Shown here in pieces: positions 36,882 through 46,187 of a DNA stretch of 58,311 bases (within the stretch, counting starts at the first letter, position 1; the number at the start of each line of letters is the position of its first letter). Position numbers and translations under genes: made by a program. Location of the stretch: the NCBI GenBank assembly GCA_051011595.1, contig JBPCTQ010000065.1, positions 1 to 58,311 on the forward strand. Direction: 5' to 3'. This stretch comes from Acidimicrobiales bacterium. Lineage in GTDB: Bacteria; Actinomycetota; Acidimicrobiia; Acidimicrobiales; SHLQ01. The notes beneath the pieces were generated by a model, which saw only the letters and a program-made list of their open reading frames with translations, was not told where the DNA came from and ran no database searches.

Positions 36882-37508
36882 TCAGGTCAGTGCCGACTCG
36901 AGGAAGCGAAGGAGCTCGCGGCGCCGCATCGCCATCGAGCGCAGGGTGGGCTCGACCCCGACCGCCCGCAACACCTCGACTTCGGTGGCAGTGCCCACGA
37001 CCGTCGAGTAGGCGCTGAGCAGCAGCAACCGGGCGTCGGTGGGCCGCAACCGGCCCTCGGCCATCTCGATCTCGAGGAAGGCCACGGCCCGTTCGACCAG
37101 GGGCTCGAGCCGCTCCGACAAACGAACGGCGGTGGGAGAGCCCGGCCGCGAGACCTCGCGCAGCAACCCGAGCAGCTCGGGACGGCGCAGCGCCAGCCGA
37201 AAGACCGACCGCACCACCGACTCGATGCGGGCAAACCCGGTGGCGCTGGTGAGCACGGCGGCCTCGAGGGTGCCGACCAGCTCGTCGGCCGCCCGATCGA
37301 CCACCGCGTCGAGCAGCTCGCGCTTCGAGCCGAAGTGGTAGAGGATCGTCTGCTTGCGGAGACCGAGCGCGCCAGCGAGATCGTCGAGCGACGTGCCGTC
37401 GTAGCCGGTGGTGCCGAACGACGCGAGGGCGGCACCGAGCACTCTCGTCTTGGTGTCGGGAAGGTCGACGGACGCGGCCACGACCACATGGTAGGCGGTC
37501 TCTACCAT
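36882..37508 (-). CDS. TetR/AcrR family transcriptional regulator
   Basis: C-terminal 208 aa of ORF track 36882..37853, trimmed to ATG 37508. HTH TSLDDLAGALGLRKQTILYHFGSKRELL. Confidence 0.85.
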   Translation of the reverse strand: MVETAYHVVVAASVDLPDTKTRVLGAALASFGTTGYDGTSLDDLAGALGLRKQTILYHFGSKRELLDAVVDRAADELVGTLEAAVLTSATGFARIESVVRSVFRLALRRPELLGLLREVSRPGSPTAVRLSERLEPLVERAVAFLEIEMAEGRLRPTDARLLLLSAYSTVVGTATEVEVLRAVGVEPTLRSMAMRRRELLRFLESALT

Positions 37509-37517
37509 GTGGTAGAG
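37484..37517. promoter_or_regulatory. nested palindromes: candidate TetR operator covering both divergent start codons
   Basis: CCACATGGTAG-N7-CTACCATGTGG (37484-37512) overlaps CTCTACCA-tg-TGGTAGAG (37500-17). Only 16 nt separate the two start codons, which implies leaderless or overlapping promoters. Confidence 0.5.
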
Positions 37518-37524
37518 AGAGCAC

Positions 37525-39861
37525 GTGATCGTGGAGCACCTCGCCGGCAAACGCGTCGCCATCACCGGCACCACGGGCTTCCTGGGAACGGCGCTGGTCG
37601 AGCGTCTCCTGCGGTCCGTTCCCGACATCGAGCTGGTGTTGTTGGTGCGTCCCGGCCGCCGGGGGGCCCAGCGCCGAGTCGAACGCGACATCCTCCGCAA
37701 CGACGCCTTCGACCAGCTCCGGGCGCAACACGGGGACGACTTCGACACCGCCGTGGCCAGCCGGGTGACCGCCGTGGCCGGCGACGTCAGCGTCGATGGC
37801 CTGGGGCTCGACGCCGCGGCCCGCCAGAACCTGGCCGAATGCGACATCGTCATCCACTCCGCGGCCGCGGTGTCGTTCGATTCACCGTTGGATCAGGCAG
37901 TCGAGATCAACCTGCTGGGTCCGGTTCGGATCGCCGAACTGCTCGATGACCTCGGCGTCGAGCCGCATCTGGTGGCCGTGTCCACGTGTTACGTCGCCGG
38001 CAGTCGCCGCGGCGACGCCCCCGAGATCGCGGTCGACGACAGCCCGTTCTTCGTCGATGTGGACTGGCGGCGCGAGGTCGATGCCGCCCGCCGGGCGCGC
38101 CACGATGTCGAAACCCAGAGCCGGGAGCCGGACCGCCTCACCGAGTTCCGCCGCCGGGCGCGTGCCGAGCTGGGAGCAGCCGGGACTCCGGCACTGGCGG
38201 CCAAGACGGAACAACTCCGCAACCGCTGGGTCACCGATCAGATGGCCGAGGCGGGTCGAGCCCGCGCCTCGTCATTGGGATTCCCCGACGCCTACGCCTA
38301 CACCAAGGCCCTCGGAGAAAAGGCCCTGCTCGAGACCACGGGCACCACCGGTCTCGACGTGTCGATCGTGCGGCCCTCCATCATCGAATCGGCGGTCGAG
38401 CATCCCTCGACCGGCTGGATCCGCGGATTCCGTATGGCCGAACCGGTCATCATCTCCTACGCCCGCGGGTTGCTGAAGGAGTTCCCCGGCGTTCCCGAGG
38501 GCACCGTCGACGTCATCCCGGTCGACATGGTGGTGGCCGCCATCTGTGCGGTGGCCGCTCGGGGCCACCAGCCAGGGCCCGACGGCACCGACATCATCCA
38601 GGTGGCATCGGGTTCGGTCAACCCGCTCAAGTACGGCCAACTCGTCGATCTCACCCAAGCATGGTTCACCGAGCACCCGTTGTACGACGAACGCGGTCAG
38701 CCGATCGCCGTGTCGTCATGGTCGTTCCCCGGGCGGGGTCGGGTGCAGAAGCAGCTGGAGCGGGCCAAGACCGTCATCGAACGAACCGAGGCCGTCGTCC
38801 ACAAGCTGCCGTTGCGGGGCCGCCAGGCCGAGTTCGGCGCCGTCCTCGAAGACCGGCGCGAACAAGCCGAACGGGCGCTCGGGTATGTCGAGCTGTACGG
38901 CGCCTACGCCGAGTGTGAGGCCATCTACGGTCTCGACCGCCTGCTCGGGTTGTGGGACAGCCTCGACGACACCGACCAGGCAGCTTTCGCCTTCGACCCC
39001 CGCGCCATCGACTGGCCCACGTACGTGCACGATGTGCATCTGCCGTCGGTGGTCAAGGCGGGCCGGGTCAAAACCACCCCGGGAGCCCGCACCGGACCCA
39101 GCCGCAGCGAACGCCTTCGTGGTCAGGTCCTGTCACCGGACCGACACCTGGCGGTCTTCGACCTGGAGAACACCCTCATCGCCTCCAACGTGGTGGCCTC
39201 CTACGCGTGGCTGGCCAGCCGCCGGCTACCCGACCGTGACCGGATTCGGTTCGTGATGCGAACGGTGGCCGAAGCCCCCACCTTGTTGGCCCTCGACCGG
39301 GTCGACCGCAGCGACTTCCTCCGGTACTTCTACCGACGCTACGACCTGGCGCCGGTCGACCAGCTCGAACGAGACGCGATCGAATCGTTCAGCGACCTCA
39401 TCCTCACCAAGTCGTTCCCCGCCGGCATTCGGCGGGTGCGCGAACACCGCCGGCTGGGGCATCGAACCGTCCTCATCACCGGCGCCCTCGACTTCGTGGT
39501 TCGTCCCCTCGAGCCGCTGTTCGACGACATCATCGCCCCATCGCTGGGGGTGAAGGGCCCGGCCGAACGCCGCACCTACGACGGCCGCATGACCGACGTC
39601 CCTCCCACCGGCGAAGCCCGCTACCAGGCCATGGCCGACTACGCCGCGGCCCACGACATCGATCTGCGCGAGTCGGTGGCCTACGCCGACTCGGCCAGCG
39701 ACCTGCCCATGCTCGAGGCAGTCGGCTTCCCGGTTGCCGTCAACCCCGAGACCAAACTGGCCACGTTGGCCCGCAAGCGAGGCTGGTTGGTGGAGCACTT
39801 CGCCAAGTCCCCCGGCGGTCCCCGCAAGCTGGTGCCCCTCGCCCCCCGGAGTGCTGTGTGA
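37525..39861 (+). CDS. fatty acyl-CoA/ACP reductase (extended SDR, male-sterility-type NAD-binding domain) fused to a HAD-IB (SerB-like) domain
   Basis: ORF track 778 aa, GTG start. ITGTTGFLGTALVERLL, YAYTKALGE (YxxxK). C-terminal HAD-IB blocks are VFDLENTL (DxE rather than DxD), ITGALDFVV and YADSASDLPML. Confidence 0.85.
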   Translation: MIVEHLAGKRVAITGTTGFLGTALVERLLRSVPDIELVLLVRPGRRGAQRRVERDILRNDAFDQLRAQHGDDFDTAVASRVTAVAGDVSVDGLGLDAAARQNLAECDIVIHSAAAVSFDSPLDQAVEINLLGPVRIAELLDDLGVEPHLVAVSTCYVAGSRRGDAPEIAVDDSPFFVDVDWRREVDAARRARHDVETQSREPDRLTEFRRRARAELGAAGTPALAAKTEQLRNRWVTDQMAEAGRARASSLGFPDAYAYTKALGEKALLETTGTTGLDVSIVRPSIIESAVEHPSTGWIRGFRMAEPVIISYARGLLKEFPGVPEGTVDVIPVDMVVAAICAVAARGHQPGPDGTDIIQVASGSVNPLKYGQLVDLTQAWFTEHPLYDERGQPIAVSSWSFPGRGRVQKQLERAKTVIERTEAVVHKLPLRGRQAEFGAVLEDRREQAERALGYVELYGAYAECEAIYGLDRLLGLWDSLDDTDQAAFAFDPRAIDWPTYVHDVHLPSVVKAGRVKTTPGARTGPSRSERLRGQVLSPDRHLAVFDLENTLIASNVVASYAWLASRRLPDRDRIRFVMRTVAEAPTLLALDRVDRSDFLRYFYRRYDLAPVDQLERDAIESFSDLILTKSFPAGIRRVREHRRLGHRTVLITGALDFVVRPLEPLFDDIIAPSLGVKGPAERRTYDGRMTDVPPTGEARYQAMADYAAAHDIDLRESVAYADSASDLPMLEAVGFPVAVNPETKLATLARKRGWLVEHFAKSPGGPRKLVPLAPRSAV

Positions 39862-41480
39862 GTTCGAAGTCCAAACCCAAACGAGCAGCTCGACCGGGGT
39901 TGGTCCTCGACGTCGACCGGTCCACTCCTCCCCTGGTGTTCCATCACGGCGAGGGGTTTCGTACCGAGAAGCTGCCGCCCGGGCGCAGCCGGGTGATCTA
40001 CCCGGCCGAACCGATCGACGGTCTGGCCGACCCCGACGGCGCCATCCGCCACGCCCTCGGTCACCCGCTCGGCGATTCGAAGCCGCTCGGTGAGCTGCTG
40101 TCCCCCGACATGCAGCTCACCATCGCCTTCGACGACATCTCCTTGCCCCTGCCGCCCATGCGTCGACCCGACATCCGTCAGCGCATCATCGAGGCGGTGC
40201 TCGACACCGCGGCCGAGGTCGGTGTCGACGACATCCACATCATCGCCGCCCTGGCCCTGCACCGCCGCATGACCGAGAGCGAGCTGCGTCACGCCGTCGG
40301 CGACCGGGTCTACGACGCCTTCGCCCCCAGCGGCCGGCTCTACAACCACGACGCCGAAGACCCCGACGGCATGGTCCTGCTGGGCGAGACCGACCACGGC
40401 GAAGAGGTCCAGATGAGTCGCCGGGCAGCCGAGAGTGACCTCATCGTCTACGTCAACATCAACCTGGTGGCCATGGACGGCGGTTGGAAGTCCACGGCCA
40501 CCGGATTGTCCGGCTACCAGGGTCTTCGTCACCACCACAACGTCGACACCATGCGCAAGAGTCGTTCGTTCATGGACCGCCACAAGTCCGAGCTCCATCA
40601 CAGCAACTGGCGGATGGGCAAGGTGATCCGCGACGCCGACGTGAACGTCTTCCAGATCGAGACCACCGTCAACAACAACACCTTCGGGGCCGACGGCCCG
40701 CTGTCGATGCTGCAGAAGCGCGAGTGGGAGTGGTCACCACGCGAGCGGGCCACCTTCGTGGGGATGCAGAAGGGCCTCGACCTCATGCCGGCCCGGGCCC
40801 GGCGCAAGGTCTTCAGCGGCTGGCAGGCGCCCTACGAGCTCACCTCGGTACAGGCCGGCGAGGTCGAGGCGGTGCACGAGGTCACCACCGAAAACGTGTA
40901 CCGCCAGCACCTGGTACCGGTCGAGGGCCAGACCGATGTGCTCACCATGGGTCTGCCCTACATCTGCCCGTACAACGTGAACTCGATCATGAACCCGATC
41001 CTGGTCATGTGCCTGGGGCTGGGGTACTTCTTCAACCTGTACCGGGGTCAGCCCCTCGTACGGGAGGGCGGGGTGTTGATCATGAGCCACCCCACACCCT
41101 GGGAATTCCATCCCGTCCACCACCCCAGCTACATCGACTTCTTCGAGCAGGTCCTGGCCGACACCACCGACCCCCTCGAGATCGAACAGAAATACGAGAC
41201 CCAGTTCGCCGAGGACGAGTGGTACCGCCATCTGTACCGCACCTCACACGCCTACCACGGCGTCCATCCGTTCTACATGTGGTACTGGGGTTCGCACGCC
41301 CTCCAGTGGCTGGGCCAGGTCATCATCGTGGGCGGCGACACCAAAGCCGTCCGGCGCCTGGGATTCCGCCCGGCGTCCACCCTGGCCGATGCCCTCGAGA
41401 TGGCCAGCGACGTCGTCGGCCCCCAGCCCACCATCACCCATGTCCACAACCCGCCCATCTTGATGGCCGACGTGTCGTGA
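39858..41480 (+). CDS. LarA-like (lactate racemase N-terminal domain, DUF2088) protein
   Basis: ORF track 540 aa. The GTG start overlaps the upstream TGA (GTGA). Blocks IAFDDISLPLPP, IIAALALHRRMTESE and AMDGGWKSTATGLSGYQGLRHHHN resemble LarA DITRP / THR / GGRKS...H blocks as I remember them. Confidence 0.7.
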   Translation: MSSKSKPKRAARPGLVLDVDRSTPPLVFHHGEGFRTEKLPPGRSRVIYPAEPIDGLADPDGAIRHALGHPLGDSKPLGELLSPDMQLTIAFDDISLPLPPMRRPDIRQRIIEAVLDTAAEVGVDDIHIIAALALHRRMTESELRHAVGDRVYDAFAPSGRLYNHDAEDPDGMVLLGETDHGEEVQMSRRAAESDLIVYVNINLVAMDGGWKSTATGLSGYQGLRHHHNVDTMRKSRSFMDRHKSELHHSNWRMGKVIRDADVNVFQIETTVNNNTFGADGPLSMLQKREWEWSPRERATFVGMQKGLDLMPARARRKVFSGWQAPYELTSVQAGEVEAVHEVTTENVYRQHLVPVEGQTDVLTMGLPYICPYNVNSIMNPILVMCLGLGYFFNLYRGQPLVREGGVLIMSHPTPWEFHPVHHPSYIDFFEQVLADTTDPLEIEQKYETQFAEDEWYRHLYRTSHAYHGVHPFYMWYWGSHALQWLGQVIIVGGDTKAVRRLGFRPASTLADALEMASDVVGPQPTITHVHNPPILMADVS

Positions 41481-42385
41481 TGCGGGTTCGGTCACCGATC
41501 GGGGGGCTGTCGTTCCCGTACCGAGCCGGCACCACTCCCGCAGGTGTCGACCCGGCCCCCTCCCGGGGCCGTTTGGGCGCCGACTACGACACCGACTGGG
41601 CTCGCCGCCCATCGGCCCGGGTGGCGCGGGCCGCGATGGTCGAAGGAGTGATGCGACCGGTGGTGGCGGCGCTGGCTGCACCCCGGCGACGCGGGGCCGA
41701 TCGACTCGACGACCTCGACGGGCCCGTGTTGTTCGCCGCCAACCACCACAGCCACGTCGACACGCCGGTGCTGCTCACCTCCATCCCGGTGCGGTTCCGC
41801 CGGCAGCTGATCGTGGGCGCCGCCGCCGACTATTTCTTCGGCAACCACGTCACCGGAGCGATCTCGGCGCTCACCATCGGTGCCATTCCCATCGAACGCA
41901 CCAAGGTGGGTCGCAAGTCGGCCGATCTGGCAGCCGAGCTCATCGACGACGGACACAGCATGTTGCTGTACCCCGAGGGCGGTCGCAGCCCCGACGGATG
42001 GGGCCAGCCCTTCCGGGGCGGTGCCGCCTATCTCGCGGCCCGTTGTTCGGTACCGGTGGTGCCGGTGCACATCGAAGGAACCGGCCGCATCCTGCCCAAG
42101 GGCCGAAACCGCCCGAAACCGGCGGTCACCACCGTCACCTTCGGACACCCCCTGTCCCCCACCGAAGACGAACGGTCGGCTCGATTCGCGGCCCGGTTGG
42201 AGGCGGCGGTGGCCGAGCTGGCCGACGAGGCGTCGAGCGATTGGTACTCGGCCCGGCAGCGGGCCCATGCCGGCTCGACACCCTCACTGCATGGTCCCGA
42301 TGCCGGTGCGTGGCGCAGGGTGTGGGCCCTCGGCGACCGCGATTCCCGACGTCGGCGAGCCAAACGGCGCTGGCCCGAGCTCTAG
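41480..42385 (+). CDS. 1-acyl-sn-glycerol-3-phosphate acyltransferase (PlsC/AGPAT) family
   Basis: C-terminal 301 aa of ORF track 40484..42385. The ATG overlaps the upstream TGA by 1 nt. HX4D motif NHHSHVD, YPEGGRS, VPVVPVHIEG. Confidence 0.85.
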   Translation: MRVRSPIGGLSFPYRAGTTPAGVDPAPSRGRLGADYDTDWARRPSARVARAAMVEGVMRPVVAALAAPRRRGADRLDDLDGPVLFAANHHSHVDTPVLLTSIPVRFRRQLIVGAAADYFFGNHVTGAISALTIGAIPIERTKVGRKSADLAAELIDDGHSMLLYPEGGRSPDGWGQPFRGGAAYLAARCSVPVVPVHIEGTGRILPKGRNRPKPAVTTVTFGHPLSPTEDERSARFAARLEAAVAELADEASSDWYSARQRAHAGSTPSLHGPDAGAWRRVWALGDRDSRRRRAKRRWPEL

Positions 42386-42391
42386 ACAGGT

Positions 42392-42994
42392 TCAGCCGTC
42401 GGCTCGGTGGGGTGCACAGGTGTCGATGGCATCGGCCTCGGCCCCAGCCACCTCGGCGGTGGGAACCGCACCCAGGTCGAGACCGGCCTTGCCGAACCGG
42501 CGGAACAAGAAGTCGATGATGCACTGGGCCTCGGTGAGCTCGAAGCCCCGAGTGATGGTGAGATCGTCGAGGGCCTGATCACGGAGCTCGGCCACGTCGG
42601 CGGCCAGCGGACCGGCGTCGAACCCGTACAGGGCCGCCCAAGCGATGAGCTCTTCGTCGGTCATCTCGGTGAGGGCGTCGTTGAGGTCGCGTTCGGTCAG
42701 CTCGCCGAAGCCGATCGACTCGTCGAGCTGGAGGGGTTCGTCGGCGGTCAGGCGGCACCCGCTCGACACCTGGTACAAGGTGTCGAGATGCTCCGGCGAC
42801 AAGTCGGCACTCGACGACAAGGCGTCGGGACCGATTGCCTCGATGGTGGCGTCCACGTAACAGGTGGCCTCTTCGACGGACCACCCCGCCCCCTGGAGCT
42901 CGGCAATGGCTTCGTCGCGCCCGGAGTCGCCGCCGCAGCCGGCGACCAGCAGGGTCAGCCCGAACAGCAAGGACGCGAAAAGACGAGGTGACAC
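42392..42994 (-). CDS. acidic lipoprotein of unknown function
   Basis: ORF track 200 aa, GTG start. Lipobox LLVAGC. No family recognised. Confidence 0.6.
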   Translation of the reverse strand: MSPRLFASLLFGLTLLVAGCGGDSGRDEAIAELQGAGWSVEEATCYVDATIEAIGPDALSSSADLSPEHLDTLYQVSSGCRLTADEPLQLDESIGFGELTERDLNDALTEMTDEELIAWAALYGFDAGPLAADVAELRDQALDDLTITRGFELTEAQCIIDFLFRRFGKAGLDLGAVPTAEVAGAEADAIDTCAPHRADG

Positions 42995-43036
42995 CTTCCT
43001 CGAATCGGCCTGGACGAGCCCGCCTTGAGCGCCGGG

Positions 43037-43771
43037 CTACTCGACGAGGCGCAGGCCGCTGGGTTCCATCGACGAGCTGACATGAGGAAGGTCGGCCACG
43101 AACTCGGTGAGGTGACCGGGAAAGACGTGCTCGCTCATCAGCACCGGACGCTCATCGGCGTCGGTGGTGGTGCGGCGACACACCAGCACCGGCGACCCGA
43201 CCGGTACGGCCAGCAGTTCGGCGTCCTCGTCGCCGGCCGCCTGCGCACCGATGGTCTGCACGGCCCCGCCCCACGAGACGTCGAGCAGATCGATGAACGG
43301 AGCAGCTTCCACATCGGCACGCGACAACGACGATCCCAGGGCCTCGGGGCACCACACCGTGATGCGGGCGAAAGGCCGACCATCGGCCAGATGCAGCCGC
43401 CGAACCTCGAGCACGGTGGCGGCGTTCAGCACGGCGGCCACCGCGGGTGGGGCCGAGACGAACGCGAATCCGGTGACCTGGCGTTCCGACGCTCGCTGTG
43501 ACGCGGCCAGATGGGACTCGAGGGTGTCGAGGCGGGCCAGCGTCTGCTGCAGCGGCACCGCCGGCACGAACCACCCGAACCCTTGTCGGGAGTCGACCAG
43601 GCGACGGTCACGGAGTGATTCCAATGCTTTGCGGACGGTGACCCGACTGGCGTCGAACTCGGCGGTCAACTCCGACTCCGACGGCAACACCTGCCCCGGC
43701 TCGTACCGGCCGGACTCGATCCGCTCCCGCACGACATCGGCGATTTCTCGATAACGAATGGTGCGGGCCAT
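43037..43771 (-). CDS. GntR-family (HutC/UTRA subfamily) transcriptional regulator
   Basis: ORF track 43037..43888, trimmed to ATG 43771. wHTH LPSESELTAEFDASRVTVRKALESL followed by a UTRA-like effector domain. Confidence 0.85.
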   Translation of the reverse strand: MARTIRYREIADVVRERIESGRYEPGQVLPSESELTAEFDASRVTVRKALESLRDRRLVDSRQGFGWFVPAVPLQQTLARLDTLESHLAASQRASERQVTGFAFVSAPPAVAAVLNAATVLEVRRLHLADGRPFARITVWCPEALGSSLSRADVEAAPFIDLLDVSWGGAVQTIGAQAAGDEDAELLAVPVGSPVLVCRRTTTDADERPVLMSEHVFPGHLTEFVADLPHVSSSMEPSGLRLVE

Positions 43772-43796
43772 CGGTCCTTTGTAGCAAACAGCGGGA

Positions 43797-43822
43797 CTTG
43801 TATCAAACTTGACTACTACAAG
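43797..43822. promoter_or_regulatory. inverted repeat CTTGTA-N14-TACAAG in the GntR/aconitase divergent region
   Basis: Seen in the relatively AT-rich 115-bp intergenic region. It does not cleanly match the HutC-type GT-N-TA-N-AC core. Confidence 0.25.
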
Positions 43823-43886
43823 CACAGACGCTACAACTTCGGGTAGAACAACACCAGGACCCATTCCCCCCACCGAGGACTCCGCC

Positions 43887-46160
43887 ATGGCCGTCTACGC
43901 CAACACCCCCATCGAGCTCATCCAGAACGTCTACGCCACATTGGGCGACCGTCTGGCTGCCGGGCGCCAGAAGCTCGGTCGACCGCTCACCCTGGCCGAG
44001 AAGATCCTGGTGAACCACCTCGACGCGGCCGACCAGGAGCTCGAGCGGGGCGAGTCCTATGTCGACCTGCGGCCCGATCGGGTTGCCATGCAGGATGCCA
44101 CCGCTCAGATGGCCTGGCTGCAGTTCATGACCGCCGGTCTCGACGAGGTGCAGGTTCCCACCACCACACACTGCGACCATCTCATCCAGGCGCGCGACGA
44201 CGGCAAACGCGATCTACTGGCGGCGGTCGAGAACAACGAAGAGGTGTACGACTTCCTCGAGTCGGTGTGCGCCAAGTACGGGGCCGGTTTCTGGAAACCG
44301 GGCAGCGGCATCATCCACCAGGTGGTGCTCGAGAACTACGCCTTCCCCGGCGGCATGATGATCGGCACCGACAGCCACACCCCCAACGCCGGTGGCCTGG
44401 GCATGATCGCCATCGGTGTCGGCGGCGCCGACGCGGTCGATGTGATGACCGGCTTTGCCTGGAACGTCAAGTGGCCCAAGGCCATCGGTGTGCACCTCAC
44501 CGGCGAACTGAACGGCTGGTCGTCCCCCAAGGACGTGATCCTCAAGGTGGCCGAGATCCTCACCGTGAAGGGTGGCACCGGCGCCATCGTCGAATACTTC
44601 GGGCCTGGAGCCAACAGTCTCAGTGCCACCGGGAAAGCCACCATCTGCAATATGGGAGCCGAGATCGGCGCCACCACCTCGCTGTTCGGCTACGACGACG
44701 CCACGGCCCGGTACCTCAAGGCCACCGGTCGCGAAGAAATCGCCGACGCCGCCAACGCGGTGGCCCACGACCTTCGCGCCGACGACGAGGTGCTGGCCGA
44801 TCCGTCCCGGTTCTACGACCAGGTGATCGAGATCGACCTGTCGACGCTGCGCCCCCACATCAACGGACCCCACACCCCCGACCTGGCCCGCGAGGTGTCG
44901 GCGCTGGGCGACGAGGCTCGAGCCCAGGGTTGGCCACTCGAGGTCAGCGCGGCACTTGTCGGTAGTTGCACCAACTCGAGCTACGAAGACATCACCCGCG
45001 CCGCTTCGATCCTTCGCGACGCGGCGGCCAAAGGGCTCACGGTGAACGCCCCGCTGATGATCACTCCGGGTTCGGAGCAGGTTCGGGCCACCATCGAACG
45101 CGACGGACTGCTCGCCGACTTCGAGGCGGCCGGCGCCACCGTGCTGGCCAATGCCTGCGGCCCCTGCATTGGCCAATGGGACCGCAAAGACGTCGAGGAC
45201 GGCACCGCCAACAGCATCGTCACCTCCTACAACCGCAACTTTCCGAAACGCAATGACGGTTATGCGAGCACCCTGGCCTTCGTGACCTCACCCGAAACGG
45301 TGGTGGCGTTGGCCCTGGCCGGCAGCCTCGACTTCGATCCGGTGAACGGCAGCCTGGTCAACGACGACGGCGACTCGGTCACCCTGGCCGAGCCGGTGGG
45401 TGTCGAGCTGCCTCCGGGCGGCTTCGACGAGGGCGAAAGCGGTTTCATCGCTCCGCCCGACAACGGCGGCGCCATCGAGGTGCGGGTCTCCCCCACCAGC
45501 GACCGGCTGCAGGTGCTCACCCCGTTCCCGGCGTGGGACGGCAACGACTACGCCGACATGCCCGTGCTGCTCAAGGCCCAGGGCAAGTGCACCACCGACC
45601 ACATCTCCATGGCCGGCCCGTGGCTCAAGTACCGCGGTCACCTCGAGAACATCTCGGGCAATCTGTACCTGGGTGCGGTCAACGCCTTCGGTGGTGAGGT
45701 CGGCACCGGCAAGGATCAACTCGACGGCGAACGACGGTCGTACCCCGACATCGCCCGCAACTACCACGAGAACGGCGTGAGCTGGGTGGCCGTGGGTGAC
45801 GAGAACATGGGTGAGGGTTCCTCCCGCGAACATGCGGCCATGGAGCCGAGGTTCCGTGGCGCCCGGGTGGTCATCGCCCGCTCCTTCGCCCGCATCCACG
45901 AGACCAACCTCAAGAAGCAGGGCATCCTGCCGCTCACCTTCGCCGATCCGGCCGACTACGAGAAGGTGCAAGAAGACGACCGGGTGGCCGTGAAAGGGCT
46001 GGCCGACCTGGCGCCCGATGCCGAGGTGACCGTGGTGCTCACCCACGGCGACGGCAGCACCGACCAGATCTCGACCCGACACACGTTGAGCGACGATCAG
46101 ATCGGCTGGTTCCGGGCCGGCAGTGCCCTGAACGTCATCCGCCAGCGCACCGGCGGCTGA
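43887..46160 (+). CDS. acn: aconitate hydratase, mitochondrial-type (~757 aa)
   Basis: ORF track 43809..46160, trimmed to ATG 43887. [36 protein letters not shown] (three cluster Cys), [12 protein letters not shown]. Confidence 0.9.
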   Translation: MAVYANTPIELIQNVYATLGDRLAAGRQKLGRPLTLAEKILVNHLDAADQELERGESYVDLRPDRVAMQDATAQMAWLQFMTAGLDEVQVPTTTHCDHLIQARDDGKRDLLAAVENNEEVYDFLESVCAKYGAGFWKPGSGIIHQVVLENYAFPGGMMIGTDSHTPNAGGLGMIAIGVGGADAVDVMTGFAWNVKWPKAIGVHLTGELNGWSSPKDVILKVAEILTVKGGTGAIVEYFGPGANSLSATGKATICNMGAEIGATTSLFGYDDATARYLKATGREEIADAANAVAHDLRADDEVLADPSRFYDQVIEIDLSTLRPHINGPHTPDLAREVSALGDEARAQGWPLEVSAALVGSCTNSSYEDITRAASILRDAAAKGLTVNAPLMITPGSEQVRATIERDGLLADFEAAGATVLANACGPCIGQWDRKDVEDGTANSIVTSYNRNFPKRNDGYASTLAFVTSPETVVALALAGSLDFDPVNGSLVNDDGDSVTLAEPVGVELPPGGFDEGESGFIAPPDNGGAIEVRVSPTSDRLQVLTPFPAWDGNDYADMPVLLKAQGKCTTDHISMAGPWLKYRGHLENISGNLYLGAVNAFGGEVGTGKDQLDGERRSYPDIARNYHENGVSWVAVGDENMGEGSSREHAAMEPRFRGARVVIARSFARIHETNLKKQGILPLTFADPADYEKVQEDDRVAVKGLADLAPDAEVTVVLTHGDGSTDQISTRHTLSDDQIGWFRAGSALNVIRQRTGG

Positions 46161-46187
46161 AGGTCGCCCCGGTTCGCACCCGGAGTT

